64,000 bases of DNA from Lewinellaceae bacterium (GTDB lineage Bacteria > Bacteroidota > Bacteroidia > Chitinophagales > Saprospiraceae): the NCBI GenBank assembly GCA_020636045.1, contig JACJYP010000006.1:5733-69732 (forward strand). The letters are read 5' to 3'. Shown here piece by piece: positions 44,556-54,808 of this stretch. Every line of letters begins with the position of its first letter. The first letter of the stretch is position 1. The notes beneath the pieces are model-generated. The model ran no database searches. It had not been told where the DNA came from and saw nothing but the letters and a program-made list of their open reading frames with translations. Made by a program: the position numbers and the translations under genes.

Positions 44556-47429
44556 ATGACCGAGAGTATCGCGAAACATAAAAAACCGTCTGCCGTCGAA
44601 GAAACCGACCTCGTCGACCCCGACCATATCACCATTAAAGGCGCCCGCACCAACAACCTGCGCAATGTCGACTTGCGGATTCCCAAGAATAAACTGGTGG
44701 TCGTAACAGGTGTCTCGGGCTCCGGAAAGTCTAGCATTACGATGGATACGCTCTACGCGGAAGGCCAGCGCCGCTACGTGGAAAGCCTGTCCAGCTACGC
44801 CCGGCAGTTCCTCGGGCGCATGAAAAAGCCCGATGTAGACTATATCAGGGGCATTTGTCCGGCTATCGCCATCGAGCAGCGCGTCACCACAGGAAACACG
44901 CGTTCTACGGTTGGCAGCATGACCGAGGTCTATGATTTTATGCGCCTGCTCTTTTCGCGGATCGGCAAGTTCTATTCCCCCGTGTCGGGCGAGATCGTCA
45001 AAAAGCACGAGGTCTCGGACGTGATCGACTTTATAAAGAGCCAGCCGGAAGGGACGCGCGGGCTGGTGTTGATCCCCTTCAGCCGGAAATACAAGGAGCG
45101 CACGCTCGAACAGGAATTAAACCTTTTGTTGCAAAAAGGCTACACCCGCCTTCAGTTCGAACAGGAAACCCTGCGCATAGAAGATATCCTCGAAGGCGCC
45201 GAACCGCGTTTCGACATCAAACAGCCTGCCTACACCTGCAACGACCGGCAGTTGCGCATCCTCATCGACCGTTTTTCGCTGTCGGGCATGGAGGAGAACG
45301 ACTGGATGCGCTTGGCCGACTCGATCAATACCGCTTTTTACGAAAGCGAAGGCGAATGCTGGATACAGATCGTTGACAGTAAAGCGGCTACCGCCAAATT
45401 CAACAACCGTTTCGAACTCGACGGCATTCAATTCCCCGAACCGACACCCCAACTCTTCAACTACAACAACCCCTACGGCGCCTGCCCTACCTGCGAAGGC
45501 TACGGCCGCATTCTCGGCATCGACCGCGACAAAGTGGTGCCCGATAAAACCAAATCGGTGTACGACGGCGCGCTGGCGCCCTGGAAAGGCGAAAAATACG
45601 GCGAATGGCTGTCGCAACTGCTGCGGCAAGCGCACAAGTTCGATTTTCCGGTGCATACGCCTTTTGAGCACCTGAGCAAGGAACAGATCAGGCTGCTCTG
45701 GACAGGCAATGAATACTTCGAAGGCATCGACGCTTTTTTCAGGGAACTGGAAAGCAAGACCTACAAAATACAAAACCGCGTCACGCTGGCACGCTACCGC
45801 GGCCGCACGATATGCCCCACCTGCGAAGGCGGACGCCTGCGGCAGGAGGCGCTGTGCGTGAAGATCGGCGGGAAAAACATATCCGACCTGACCGGCATTC
45901 CGCTGGATGAGGTGCTGGCATTTTTCAAGCAACTGGAACTGAGCGAGTACGATCGCCAGGTAGCGCGGCGGCTCTTGCTGGAGATCGACAACCGGCTTTC
46001 GTTCATGGTCGATCTCGGGCTGGGCTATCTCACCCTGGAACGCATTTCCAACACGCTTTCCGGCGGTGAAACGCAGCGCATCCACCTGACCCGCACCCTC
46101 GGCAGCAACCTCACCGCTTCCATGTACCTGCTCGATGAACCCTCGGTAGGCCTGCATCCGCGCGATACCGGCCGCCTGGTAAAGGTGCTGAAAGACCTGC
46201 GCGATCTCGGTAATACCGTTGTGGTGGTAGAACACGAGGAGGAAGTGATCAAAAACGCTGACTTCCTCGTCGACATGGGCCCGGAGGCGGGCGTGCACGG
46301 CGGTCATGTCGTGTTTGCCGGCGATTTTTCAACGATCGACAAAGCTGCGCCGGAAAGCCTGACGGCGCGCTACATGTCGGGTGAATTGCATATCGCAACA
46401 CCTGCCGACCGACGGCCCGCCAAAGAAATGCTGACGATAAAAGGCGCCCGGCAGCACAATCTCAAAAACATCGACGTGCGCATTCCCCTGCACTGCCTCA
46501 CGGTGGTGAGCGGTGTTTCGGGCTCGGGAAAAACGACGCTGGTGCGCGATATTTTTTATCCGGCCCTGCTACAGCACCTGCCCGAAAGTCCCGCCAAACA
46601 ATCCGGCTTGTCCGACGGGCTGGAAGGGCCCGTTAAAAAAGTGACGCGGGTGGAATTCGTCAACCAAAGCCCGATCGGCAAAAGCAGCCGCTCCAACCCC
46701 GTTACCTACGTTAAGGCCTACGACTACATCCGCGACCTGTTCGCTTCGCAACAACTTTCGAAAATCAGGGGCTTTTTGCCGAAGCATTTCAGTTTCAACG
46801 TGGAAGGCGGCCGCTGCGAAACCTGCAAGGGCGAAGGCGAACAAGTGGTGGAAATGCAGTTTCTCGCCGACGTACACCTCGAATGCGAGGAATGCAAGGG
46901 CCGCCGCTTCAAGCAGGAAGTGCTCGACGTGGAATACAAGGGCAAAAACATCTTCGACGTGCTCAACATGAGCATTGAAGAAGCACTGGCATTCTTCAAA
47001 GGCAATAAAGACATTATCGACCGCATACAGCCGCTGTACGACGTCGGCCTGGGCTATGTACAACTCGGCCAGTCCTCGTCCACGCTCTCGGGCGGCGAAG
47101 CGCAGCGTGTAAAACTGGCCTCTTTCCTCATCCGCGACAACGCGGCCGGCCACATTTTCTTCATCTTCGACGAGCCTACTACGGGGCTCCATTTCCACGA
47201 CATTCAGAAACTGCTTAAAGCCATGAATGCCCTGGTGGAAAAAGGCCACTCAGTGCTGGTGGTGGAACACAACATGGAGGTGATCAAATCGGCCGACTGG
47301 ATCGTCGACCTGGGGCCTGAAGGTGGAAAAGAAGGGGGGCACCTCGTGTATGAAGGCGCCCCCGAAGGTTTGGCAGATCAGCAAAACAGCCACACAGGCC
47401 GTTATTTGAAAGAAAAACTGGGTTCTTAG
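44556..47429 (+). CDS. uvrA: Excinuclease ABC subunit A
   Basis: 957 aa. Two ABC modules ([18 protein letters not shown]; [16 protein letters not shown]), zinc-finger Cys clusters ([24 protein letters not shown]...CEECKG) and the canonical N-terminus [13 protein letters not shown]. Confidence 0.97.
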   Translation: MTESIAKHKKPSAVEETDLVDPDHITIKGARTNNLRNVDLRIPKNKLVVVTGVSGSGKSSITMDTLYAEGQRRYVESLSSYARQFLGRMKKPDVDYIRGICPAIAIEQRVTTGNTRSTVGSMTEVYDFMRLLFSRIGKFYSPVSGEIVKKHEVSDVIDFIKSQPEGTRGLVLIPFSRKYKERTLEQELNLLLQKGYTRLQFEQETLRIEDILEGAEPRFDIKQPAYTCNDRQLRILIDRFSLSGMEENDWMRLADSINTAFYESEGECWIQIVDSKAATAKFNNRFELDGIQFPEPTPQLFNYNNPYGACPTCEGYGRILGIDRDKVVPDKTKSVYDGALAPWKGEKYGEWLSQLLRQAHKFDFPVHTPFEHLSKEQIRLLWTGNEYFEGIDAFFRELESKTYKIQNRVTLARYRGRTICPTCEGGRLRQEALCVKIGGKNISDLTGIPLDEVLAFFKQLELSEYDRQVARRLLLEIDNRLSFMVDLGLGYLTLERISNTLSGGETQRIHLTRTLGSNLTASMYLLDEPSVGLHPRDTGRLVKVLKDLRDLGNTVVVVEHEEEVIKNADFLVDMGPEAGVHGGHVVFAGDFSTIDKAAPESLTARYMSGELHIATPADRRPAKEMLTIKGARQHNLKNIDVRIPLHCLTVVSGVSGSGKTTLVRDIFYPALLQHLPESPAKQSGLSDGLEGPVKKVTRVEFVNQSPIGKSSRSNPVTYVKAYDYIRDLFASQQLSKIRGFLPKHFSFNVEGGRCETCKGEGEQVVEMQFLADVHLECEECKGRRFKQEVLDVEYKGKNIFDVLNMSIEEALAFFKGNKDIIDRIQPLYDVGLGYVQLGQSSSTLSGGEAQRVKLASFLIRDNAAGHIFFIFDEPTTGLHFHDIQKLLKAMNALVEKGHSVLVVEHNMEVIKSADWIVDLGPEGGKEGGHLVYEGAPEGLADQQNSHTGRYLKEKLGS

Positions 47430-47788
47430 GAGGGTATTCCCGGGTCTGGCTCATCCGCTTCTTTCTGTTCCTGAAAACGGTGACGTCCCCAGCGTTGCAT
47501 AAATTTTTCCCGCTCTTCCGGCGACATACGTTGCCAGCGCTCGCGCATGTATTTTCCTCGCATGCGTGAACCGAAGCCACCACCCCAGCGGCGTGGCCCG
47601 AAACCTCCGGTGAGTAATCTTCCCAGGATCATCAATCCAAGGGTTTGCGTGAAGTTCAGGGCTGGCAAGCCGAATATCTCGACTGCAAGATGATTCCAGA
47701 GGAACATGGTGACACCGGTGAATACGAAAAAAAAGACCAGTGCGAAGGCGACGCCTTTAGCGACCCATTGCCATTTTATATGTCTCAT
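47426..47788 (-). CDS. Hypothetical membrane protein downstream of an ECF sigma factor (possible anti-sigma or stress partner)
   Basis: Two or three TM segments, then an Arg/Trp/Gly-rich cytoplasmic tail (GPRRWGGGFGSRMRGKYMRERWQRMSPEEREKFMQRW). Lies 28 nt after the sigma gene. Confidence 0.5.
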   Translation of the reverse strand: MRHIKWQWVAKGVAFALVFFFVFTGVTMFLWNHLAVEIFGLPALNFTQTLGLMILGRLLTGGFGPRRWGGGFGSRMRGKYMRERWQRMSPEEREKFMQRWGRHRFQEQKEADEPDPGIPS

Positions 47789-47816
47789 GTAATAACAAGT
47801 TTAAAAATTTAAAAAA

Positions 47817-48359
47817 TCAAGCGGGCCATTTCTCAAAATGACGGCGCAGATGCAATACTGCATATCGCTTGCGCGACAGCAGGGTATTGACAGATAATCC
47901 GCTTTTTTCCGATAATTCCTGAAAGGATATGCCGTAGAGTTCATGTGCGACAAACACTTCGCGCTGCTCGGCAGGTATCTGGCCAAGTATGTATTCCAGT
48001 TCTTCCCAAAATTCTTTTGTTTCCAACAGGGCATCCGGTAGGGTTTCCTCCAGCCAGCGATCAAAAAACAGATCTTCTCCTTCATCCGATACATCCCCGG
48101 ATCTGCTCAAATCGCTGAATGGCACATTTTTCTTCTTTCTGTAATAGTCCGTCACGCGGTTTCGGGCGGCAGTGAAAAGCCATTTACCTATCTCTTGTAT
48201 TTCATCGAGGTCATTTTGCCTGGTCAGTTGTAGCCACACGTCCTGGGCAGCGTCTTCTGCTGCCTCGGCATCCCGAATTTTTGAGCGTACATAGCTCAGT
48301 AAGCGCTTGCTGTATCGGGCAAACCACTGACTGATGGTGAGATCGCGTTGCCGTGTCAT
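47817..48359 (-). CDS. ECF-type RNA polymerase sigma-70 family factor
   Basis: Region 2 (AEDAAQDVWLQL, WLFTAARNRVTDYYRK) and region 4 (SFQELSEKSGLSVNTLLSRKRYA). The listed start at 48374 is a TTG, so I use the ATG at 48359. Confidence 0.85.
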   Translation of the reverse strand: MTRQRDLTISQWFARYSKRLLSYVRSKIRDAEAAEDAAQDVWLQLTRQNDLDEIQEIGKWLFTAARNRVTDYYRKKKNVPFSDLSRSGDVSDEGEDLFFDRWLEETLPDALLETKEFWEELEYILGQIPAEQREVFVAHELYGISFQELSEKSGLSVNTLLSRKRYAVLHLRRHFEKWPA

Positions 48360-48486
48360 AATGTCAATATCCAAAACACGCTGCCTTTATGATGGATGAC
48401 GGATGAGCACCCTAAATATTTTAAAAGCATAAAAAAATTGCACAAAGTGCGATCGAAAAGCATTTTCCCGCCCACACAAAACATTC

Positions 48487-48494
48487 TACCTTTG
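48487..48494 (+). promoter_or_regulatory. Candidate -7 promoter box for the nucleotidyltransferase gene
   Basis: TACCTTTG (TAnnTTTG) lies 80 nt upstream of the ATG at 48575. The intervening leader contains the CCGGAAA/TTTCCGG hairpin. Confidence 0.3.
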
Positions 48495-48574
48495 GGCAAA
48501 ACAATAACGGTCGACGGCGGTCGGTTGCCGGAAAAATCACTTTCCGGCTGCGCGCTGCGCATGACACCAAAAAA

Positions 48575-49576
48575 ATGAAAGTCGTTATCCCCGTTGCCGG
48601 CGCCGGAACGCGCCTGCGCCCCCACACCTACACACAACCCAAGCCGCTGATGCCGGTGGCGGGGAAGCCCATTATCCGCTTTATTGTCGACAAACTCGTG
48701 GATGCAGGGCTCACCGATTTCGTGTTTGTGATCGGCTACCTCGGCGAGAAGATCCGCGATTTTATAGAACAGACTTACCCGGGATTGCAAACGGAGTTTG
48801 TGTACCAGGAAAGTCGTGAGGGTTCTGCGCACGCCATCTGGACGGCCCGCGAAGCCATCGAAGATGAAGACGAAGTGTTCATCGCTTTCGGCGACACGAT
48901 CTTCGACGTCGACCTGAAGCAAATGCTGGATTGCCAGTATTCCTGTCTGGGCGTCAAGCAGGTAAGCGACCCGCGCGAATTCGGCGTGGCCGAGATCGAC
49001 GAAACGGGTTTTGCCATCCGTATGATCGAAAAGCCCCGCATCCCGAAATCCAACCTGGCGATCGTGGGTCTGTATAAAGTAAAAGAAGTGCCGGCGCTCC
49101 TGCGCGCGATCGATCATTTGATCCGGGAGGATATGCGTACGGTAGGCGAATTTCAGCTCACCGATGCCCTGCAACTGATGCTGGAGCAAGGCATCCGCTT
49201 CCAGACGCTGGCCGTGAACAACTGGTTCGACTGCGGGCGAAAAGAAGTGCTGCTCGAAACCAATGCCATGCTGCTGAGCCGCCGCGGCTATGCCACCGAC
49301 GAATTCAGCCTCCCGGAATTCGACAACACGATCTTTATCCATCCTGTCGCCGTTGGCGCCAACTGCCAGATTGCCAACAGCATCATCGGGCCGAACGTGA
49401 CCATTGGCGACAACGTGACCATCAACTATTCCATCATAAAAGACAGCATTATCGGCAGCTTCGCCGCCCTTGACGATGTGGTGCTCAAACATTCCGTGAT
49501 CGGCAGCGATGCCGGCGTGCGGGGCATGAACCTGAGCCTCAACATCGGCGACAATACGGAGATCGGGTTCGACTAA
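48575..49576 (+). CDS. Sugar-1-phosphate nucleotidyltransferase with C-terminal left-handed beta-helix
   Basis: MKVVIPVAGAGTRLRPHTYTQPKPLMPV (G-x-G-T-R-x-x-P signature), and C-terminal hexapeptide repeats (IGPNVTIGDNVTINYSIIKDSIIGS). Confidence 0.85.
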   Translation: MKVVIPVAGAGTRLRPHTYTQPKPLMPVAGKPIIRFIVDKLVDAGLTDFVFVIGYLGEKIRDFIEQTYPGLQTEFVYQESREGSAHAIWTAREAIEDEDEVFIAFGDTIFDVDLKQMLDCQYSCLGVKQVSDPREFGVAEIDETGFAIRMIEKPRIPKSNLAIVGLYKVKEVPALLRAIDHLIREDMRTVGEFQLTDALQLMLEQGIRFQTLAVNNWFDCGRKEVLLETNAMLLSRRGYATDEFSLPEFDNTIFIHPVAVGANCQIANSIIGPNVTIGDNVTINYSIIKDSIIGSFAALDDVVLKHSVIGSDAGVRGMNLSLNIGDNTEIGFD

Positions 49577-50979
49577 ACACCCAGTTGTTCGAGCAGCCAG
49601 GCGCGTTCCGCCACATCGGGCGTTGCGTCGATGGCCGTCCGCAGGGCCGCTGCCACGGCGCGATCTCTGCGGTCACGATCCATCAGTTTTTTGGTAAAAA
49701 GGATCAGGTTCTCGTTGGTGACGCGGTGGTAACCCAGGTTTTTCTGCCGCCGCAAATAGGCGGAAAAACTCTGTAGCAGCGATTCGAGCGCCGACCACTC
49801 GCCGAGTTCGTAGTAACTGCGCAGCAGCATGCGCCGCGCATCGAGGTTGTTGAGCGGGTCTTCCAGATCGACCTGCTGGAGCAGGGGCATGGCGCTGGCA
49901 TAGTCGCGCTGCTGGAAACGCAGGTAAGCCAGGTTGTAGCGGTACAGGTTGTCGCGTTCGCGCAGGTGCAACCGGGTGCGGTATGTTTCGAGAAACTGCT
50001 CGGTCCATTCGTGCTCGCCAAGTGCGGCGCCCACGCGGATGATGTTTTTGTAGGTAAAACCGGACAGGATGCCATTTTCTGTGAGAAAATCGCGCTCCAG
50101 CGCAGCCCGGTACAGTTCGAATGCTTCCCGCACATATGTTCTGTTGCCGGCGTTCATTCTTCGAATGCAACCATTGATGGCGATGAGATAAAGGCCGCGC
50201 ATTTCGTCCGGCTTGAAGTTTTGCTCGTATTCGACGAGCAGGGTTTTCAGCCGTTCGAAGGGTTGTGTTGCTTCAGGCGACTGCAACATCTGATAAGCAT
50301 AGTAATAAACGGCGATCGCCGGAACCTGTAACATGGTCTCCTGCCCGGCCGTTTCGAGGATCGCGTTCAACAAGTCGATGCGGTACGCCTGTCCGGCCAC
50401 GGCCTGGTGCATGATGGCCGAACAGGCATGGCGCAGCATTTCCGATACATAGAAAGCCGTGAGTTCGTCGGGCAGTGGTTGCAGGTTGATGCGCGCGGAG
50501 CGCTCGCGCCGGGCGTCCCGTTCGAGTTTTTCCTGGTGGAGTTGATAGCGGCGGAAATGGTATTGCGCGTCGCGTATGATTTCGCGGTCTTCCGCATTGC
50601 TGGCGCGCTGCCACTCTTTTTCCGCGAGCGTATCCATGCCTCTGCTTCGGAGCGCACGCAGCAGGCAGCGTTGTTGTTCGGCCGGCTCGGTGCGCCATTC
50701 TTCCCAGGCCAGGTATTGGCGTATCACGTCAAGGAGGTACGACATGGTGTGTCGCAATAAAGTATTATCGTACGGTTGCCCGGGAAAGGCTGCTGCAAAC
50801 AATTGCTCCGCTCCCAGGGCGCCCCGGTCCGGCCGGTCGATCCGGCTTGCGAGATGGTCGAACAGGCGGGCGACTTCTTCGCGCCGGTTGAAACTGCCGC
50901 ATCGAACGAAGTCGTGCAAGTGACGCAGATCTTTCGATTGAAGCTGGCTGACCGTGCGGAGCAGAAGCGAATTTGTCAT
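49573..50979 (-). CDS. Hypothetical all-helical repeat protein (TPR-like by composition only)
   Basis: 468-aa ORF with a clean ATG and a helix-rich, Arg/Leu/Glu/Tyr-rich sequence (YYYAYQML, AFELYRAALE, LAYLRFQQRDYASA, LRSYYELGEWSALE). I recognise no catalytic motif. Confidence 0.55.
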   Translation of the reverse strand: MTNSLLLRTVSQLQSKDLRHLHDFVRCGSFNRREEVARLFDHLASRIDRPDRGALGAEQLFAAAFPGQPYDNTLLRHTMSYLLDVIRQYLAWEEWRTEPAEQQRCLLRALRSRGMDTLAEKEWQRASNAEDREIIRDAQYHFRRYQLHQEKLERDARRERSARINLQPLPDELTAFYVSEMLRHACSAIMHQAVAGQAYRIDLLNAILETAGQETMLQVPAIAVYYYAYQMLQSPEATQPFERLKTLLVEYEQNFKPDEMRGLYLIAINGCIRRMNAGNRTYVREAFELYRAALERDFLTENGILSGFTYKNIIRVGAALGEHEWTEQFLETYRTRLHLRERDNLYRYNLAYLRFQQRDYASAMPLLQQVDLEDPLNNLDARRMLLRSYYELGEWSALESLLQSFSAYLRRQKNLGYHRVTNENLILFTKKLMDRDRRDRAVAAALRTAIDATPDVAERAWLLEQLGV

Positions 50980-51134
50980 GCAATACTCGTTGTTTCGACA
51001 AAAATATTTTTAATATGCTAATAATCAATGTTTTAATATTTTTTAATTACGACAAATCGAATTTTTTGTATTTTTTCTTACTGTCAGTGAGCCCGAATTT
51101 TGGGGCAGGTTTTAAACGAAAAAACAATTTGCTC

Positions 51135-54100
51135 ATGAACAGGGTGCTACATTTAATCGTCTGCCTGCTCGGCTTCGCTGCGGCGACCAGGGCTCAGGGA
51201 ACATACTGGGAAGAAATTCCGGCTCCCTATGGAGGTGACGGCACATTGACCAGAACAGAGAACGGGATCCTTTACGCGCAAAGCAATGTGATCCAAAACT
51301 GGATCTACCGCTCGGATGATGATGGCGAACATTGGCAGAAACTGCCGCATGAAGGACCCTACGTAATTGGCAGCACGGGCCGGTTTTTTAAAAAAGACGG
51401 GACACTCTGGTACTGGTCGGACAACGAAGGAGAAACCTGGACGGTATTCGTCAATGCCAACCTGATCAATAAACTGCTGGAGTTGCCGGGAGGCGTATTG
51501 GTAGGATACAATTCCGATTATTTCTACAGATCGGTTGATGCGGGTCTGACCTGGGAGCAAACCTCCGATTACCTGCAGCAGGATGATCGCAACCTGCAAA
51601 ATATGCGCATCACGCCTTTTGGCGGCCTGCTGGCGGAAGCCACGGCTTTTGCCGGCGATTCGACGAGATTTTTTTACCGGTCGACGGATGAAGGCCAAAG
51701 CTGGCAGCGCCTCGAATTGCCCTACGGCTTTTCCCGGTTGTTTATCGCTCCGTCGGGCACTTTGTTTGCCAATACCGGCGATGCCATGTACCGGTCGGTA
51801 GATGACGGCGAGCACTTCGATTTTGTCGATTCGCTCAAAATCGGAAAAGAGCAGATGACCGCTCTCGCCAGCGGGAGATTGCTGGCCATTGCCTCCCAAC
51901 AGCTTTACTTTTCTGACGACGACGGCCTCAACTGGCTGCCCCTGAACGTAAAATTTGACCAGTGGTTGTTCCAGCCGATTCCTCCGCTCGACGACGGCTC
52001 CATCTTTTCGACGATCCTGGAGACACTTTTCAAATCGGGAGATGGCGGAGAGGATTGGCAATTGCCGTCCGATGGTATGAGGCAAGGCAATATTTTGTCG
52101 ATGCGCGTTCTCTCGGACAGCGTTTATTTTGCCTCGACACAGGCAGGGCTATGGAAAACAAATGACGGAGGGGAACACTGGAGCTGCCTTTTGAAAAATA
52201 AAACCTATCAGAACGAAGGTTCCTTTGAGGTCGTTTCAACAGGAGGGATCGTAGCCGTACAGGACGACAGGTTGTTCTGGTCTGCCACTGGCGACGCGCC
52301 GTTTGACGATATTACCCCTGCGGATGACCTGAGTACAAGTGTAAACAAGGTATACGTCAATCCCTTCAACAACCATTTATTTATCAATACCCTCGAGGGC
52401 TTGGCGCGCTCTGAAAACTATGGCCAGCAATGGATCGTGCCGGACCCCGGCTTTTATCTGAGCGCTTTGGGTTTTCACCCTTCAGGACGCCTTGTCGGTG
52501 TCAGAAACAATAGCAACATCGTCATTTCCGACAACAACGGCGATTCGTGGATCACTGTGCCAGTTGTGCCGGTGCTGGCCCTTGGCAGCATCATGATCGC
52601 ACCCGACGGTACGGCCTATGTAGTAGCGATATTGAACAACAACACAGTTGTTTTCCTGAAATCGGAAAACGCGGGTGATTCCTGGACACAGGTTGCCGGT
52701 GATATTGGCAACATCCAGATCTGGACCGGAAAACTGCTTGACGTCGCGGCAAACGGTCATATTTTTCGCAATGATGGCAATAAAAACCTGTTCCGTTCTG
52801 TGAATGGGGGAGTGACGTGGCAGAGCATGCCGGATATTCCCAATAACCCGAATGATCTGCCGCTCACGGTTAATATTTACATCTCCCCCCTGCAGCATCT
52901 TTACGTCAATACGCAGGGTCTGGGCAATTACAGGACGGTTGCTCCGGTTTCTTTAGGCGCCTATATCAATGGCCATGTTCGCCGCGATGCCGATGCGGAA
53001 TGTTCCACTCCGGATGCTCAGGATCCGCTGCGAAACTGGATCGTTGGAGCAGAAGGCGGCTATGACTATTATACTGTCACGGATGTGGACGGCGGGTACG
53101 TTTTCTTTGTCGATACAGGCAGTTACACCGTCAGCGCGCATCCGCCGAGCCCGCTGATCTGGGCGCTATGCGACAGCATATCGATGGTGTCCGCAGACTC
53201 CTTGTTTGCAACAGATACCGTTGATTTTGCAGCATCTGCCATAGTCGACTGTCCTCTGATGTCCGTCGATGTGGTCATTCCGCTGCTACGGCGCTGTTTT
53301 GACAATACGGTTTTTATCGAATACTGCAATATTGGCAGCGAACAGGCCGACAGCGCCTATGTGGATGTAATGCTTGATCCGTACTTGTCTTTTGTCAGTT
53401 CCGGCCAGTTGTATGACGATCTGGGAAATAACACATATCGCTTTTATCTGGGGAATGTAGAAAGCGGCGAATGCGGCCAATACAGCCTGGTGGCAAAAGT
53501 AAACTGCGATTCTACCGTGCTCGGACAAACGCACTGCGTCGTAGCGCACGGTTTTCCCGATACCCTTTGTTCGCAGGTGCCCAACTGGTCGGGCGCCGAG
53601 ATCGTTGCCAGGGCGACTTGTCAGGACACTTCGGTCATTTTCGAACTGCACAACAACGGCCCGGCCATCTCTCAGCCCTTGGACTACATTATCATTGAAG
53701 ACGACGTGGTATTGATGCAAGGCAATAAAACCTATACGCCGGATGAATCGCTGGCGCTCGACGTGCCGGCCAACGGCCACACCTGGCGTATCGAGTCGAA
53801 GCAGGAGCCGGGGCATCCATTCTCTTCCATTGCGCTCGCTTTTTCGGAAGGCTGCGGCGGCTTCGCAACACTCGGTTTTATCAACCAGTTTTCTGTAGAT
53901 GCCTTTACGCCTTCCTGGGACCAGGAATGCGTGCAAAACACCGGTTCATTTGACCCCAACGACAAACAGGGATTTCCGCAGGGGTACAGCGCCGAGCATT
54001 TCATTGATCCCGGGCAGGAGATCGAATACCTGATCCGTTTTCAGAACACGGGTACCGATACGGCCTTCACGGTGGTGATCATCGATACGTTGTCTGCATG

Positions 54101-54656
54101 GCTTGATCCTGCGTCCTTGCGTCCCGGTGCATCGTCGCATCCCTACACCTGGAACCTGAGCGGGCAGGGCGTGATCCGTTTTTCCTTCGAAAACATCCTG
54201 CTGCCCGACAGCAACGTCAACGAGGCGGCATCGCACGGCTTTGTCGGTTTTCGCATCGCGCAGCGACCCGGTGTCCCGATCGGCGCACAGATATTTAACA
54301 AGGCGGATATTTATTTCGATTTCAACGAACCTGTGGTCACCAACGAGACCTGGCACACTGTGGGAGTGAAGTCTTCTGTGGGTACACACGGTCCCCATGA
54401 AAAGGGCCGGCAGCCACTTGTAACAGTTGCTCCGAATCCAATGGCTGAAACGGCGCTGTTCGAACTGAACGTCGGCTCATTCCGTGGCCACCGCCTCACG
54501 CTGCTGGATGCGTTCGGCCGACAGATTAGAGAAGTCGAGCTGAACGGCAGGCAATTCCTGTTCCGGCGGGAAGCCCTCCCTTCGGGTACATATTTCTACA
54601 GGCTGGAAGATGCAAAAGGAAACTGGCAGGACGGGGGTGTGCTGATTTTGAAATAA
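51135..54656 (+). CDS. Giant secreted Asp-box (BNR) double-propeller protein with pre-CTD domain and T9SS sorting domain
   Basis: Signal peptide MNRVLHLIVCLLGFAAATRAQ. About 12 Asp boxes (SDDDGEHWQ, SDNEGETWT, SVDAGLTWE, STDEGQSWQ, SDDDGLNWL, SGDGGEDWQ, TNDGGEHWS, SDNNGDSWI, SENAGDSWT, SVNGGVTWQ). A FDPNDKQG...NKADIYFDFNEPVVTNE domain common ahead of CTDs. CTD VTVAPNPMAETALFEL...GTYFYRL. Confidence 0.85.
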   Translation: MNRVLHLIVCLLGFAAATRAQGTYWEEIPAPYGGDGTLTRTENGILYAQSNVIQNWIYRSDDDGEHWQKLPHEGPYVIGSTGRFFKKDGTLWYWSDNEGETWTVFVNANLINKLLELPGGVLVGYNSDYFYRSVDAGLTWEQTSDYLQQDDRNLQNMRITPFGGLLAEATAFAGDSTRFFYRSTDEGQSWQRLELPYGFSRLFIAPSGTLFANTGDAMYRSVDDGEHFDFVDSLKIGKEQMTALASGRLLAIASQQLYFSDDDGLNWLPLNVKFDQWLFQPIPPLDDGSIFSTILETLFKSGDGGEDWQLPSDGMRQGNILSMRVLSDSVYFASTQAGLWKTNDGGEHWSCLLKNKTYQNEGSFEVVSTGGIVAVQDDRLFWSATGDAPFDDITPADDLSTSVNKVYVNPFNNHLFINTLEGLARSENYGQQWIVPDPGFYLSALGFHPSGRLVGVRNNSNIVISDNNGDSWITVPVVPVLALGSIMIAPDGTAYVVAILNNNTVVFLKSENAGDSWTQVAGDIGNIQIWTGKLLDVAANGHIFRNDGNKNLFRSVNGGVTWQSMPDIPNNPNDLPLTVNIYISPLQHLYVNTQGLGNYRTVAPVSLGAYINGHVRRDADAECSTPDAQDPLRNWIVGAEGGYDYYTVTDVDGGYVFFVDTGSYTVSAHPPSPLIWALCDSISMVSADSLFATDTVDFAASAIVDCPLMSVDVVIPLLRRCFDNTVFIEYCNIGSEQADSAYVDVMLDPYLSFVSSGQLYDDLGNNTYRFYLGNVESGECGQYSLVAKVNCDSTVLGQTHCVVAHGFPDTLCSQVPNWSGAEIVARATCQDTSVIFELHNNGPAISQPLDYIIIEDDVVLMQGNKTYTPDESLALDVPANGHTWRIESKQEPGHPFSSIALAFSEGCGGFATLGFINQFSVDAFTPSWDQECVQNTGSFDPNDKQGFPQGYSAEHFIDPGQEIEYLIRFQNTGTDTAFTVVIIDTLSAWLDPASLRPGASSHPYTWNLSGQGVIRFSFENILLPDSNVNEAASHGFVGFRIAQRPGVPIGAQIFNKADIYFDFNEPVVTNETWHTVGVKSSVGTHGPHEKGRQPLVTVAPNPMAETALFELNVGSFRGHRLTLLDAFGRQIREVELNGRQFLFRREALPSGTYFYRLEDAKGNWQDGGVLILK

Positions 54657-54739
54657 TACTTTGAAAAAGCCAAAACGGGCGCTTCTCTTTTTGACGGTTC
54701 CGGAGGAAAACGTTTTTTTTGCTCTGTGAAAAACGCCCT

Positions 54740-54783
54740 ATCCTATTTCGCCGCGTCAGCGGGTGGAATAGGATTTTTATTTT
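54740..54783 (+). terminator. Rho-independent terminator after the giant Asp-box gene
   Basis: Outer stem ATCCTATT (54740..54747) / AATAGGAT (54767..54774) with an inner CCGC/GCGG stem, followed by TTTTTATTTT. It ends 26 nt before the next ATG. Confidence 0.7.
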
Positions 54784-54808
54784 CATCAAATCCTCCGACG
54801 AAAGAATC

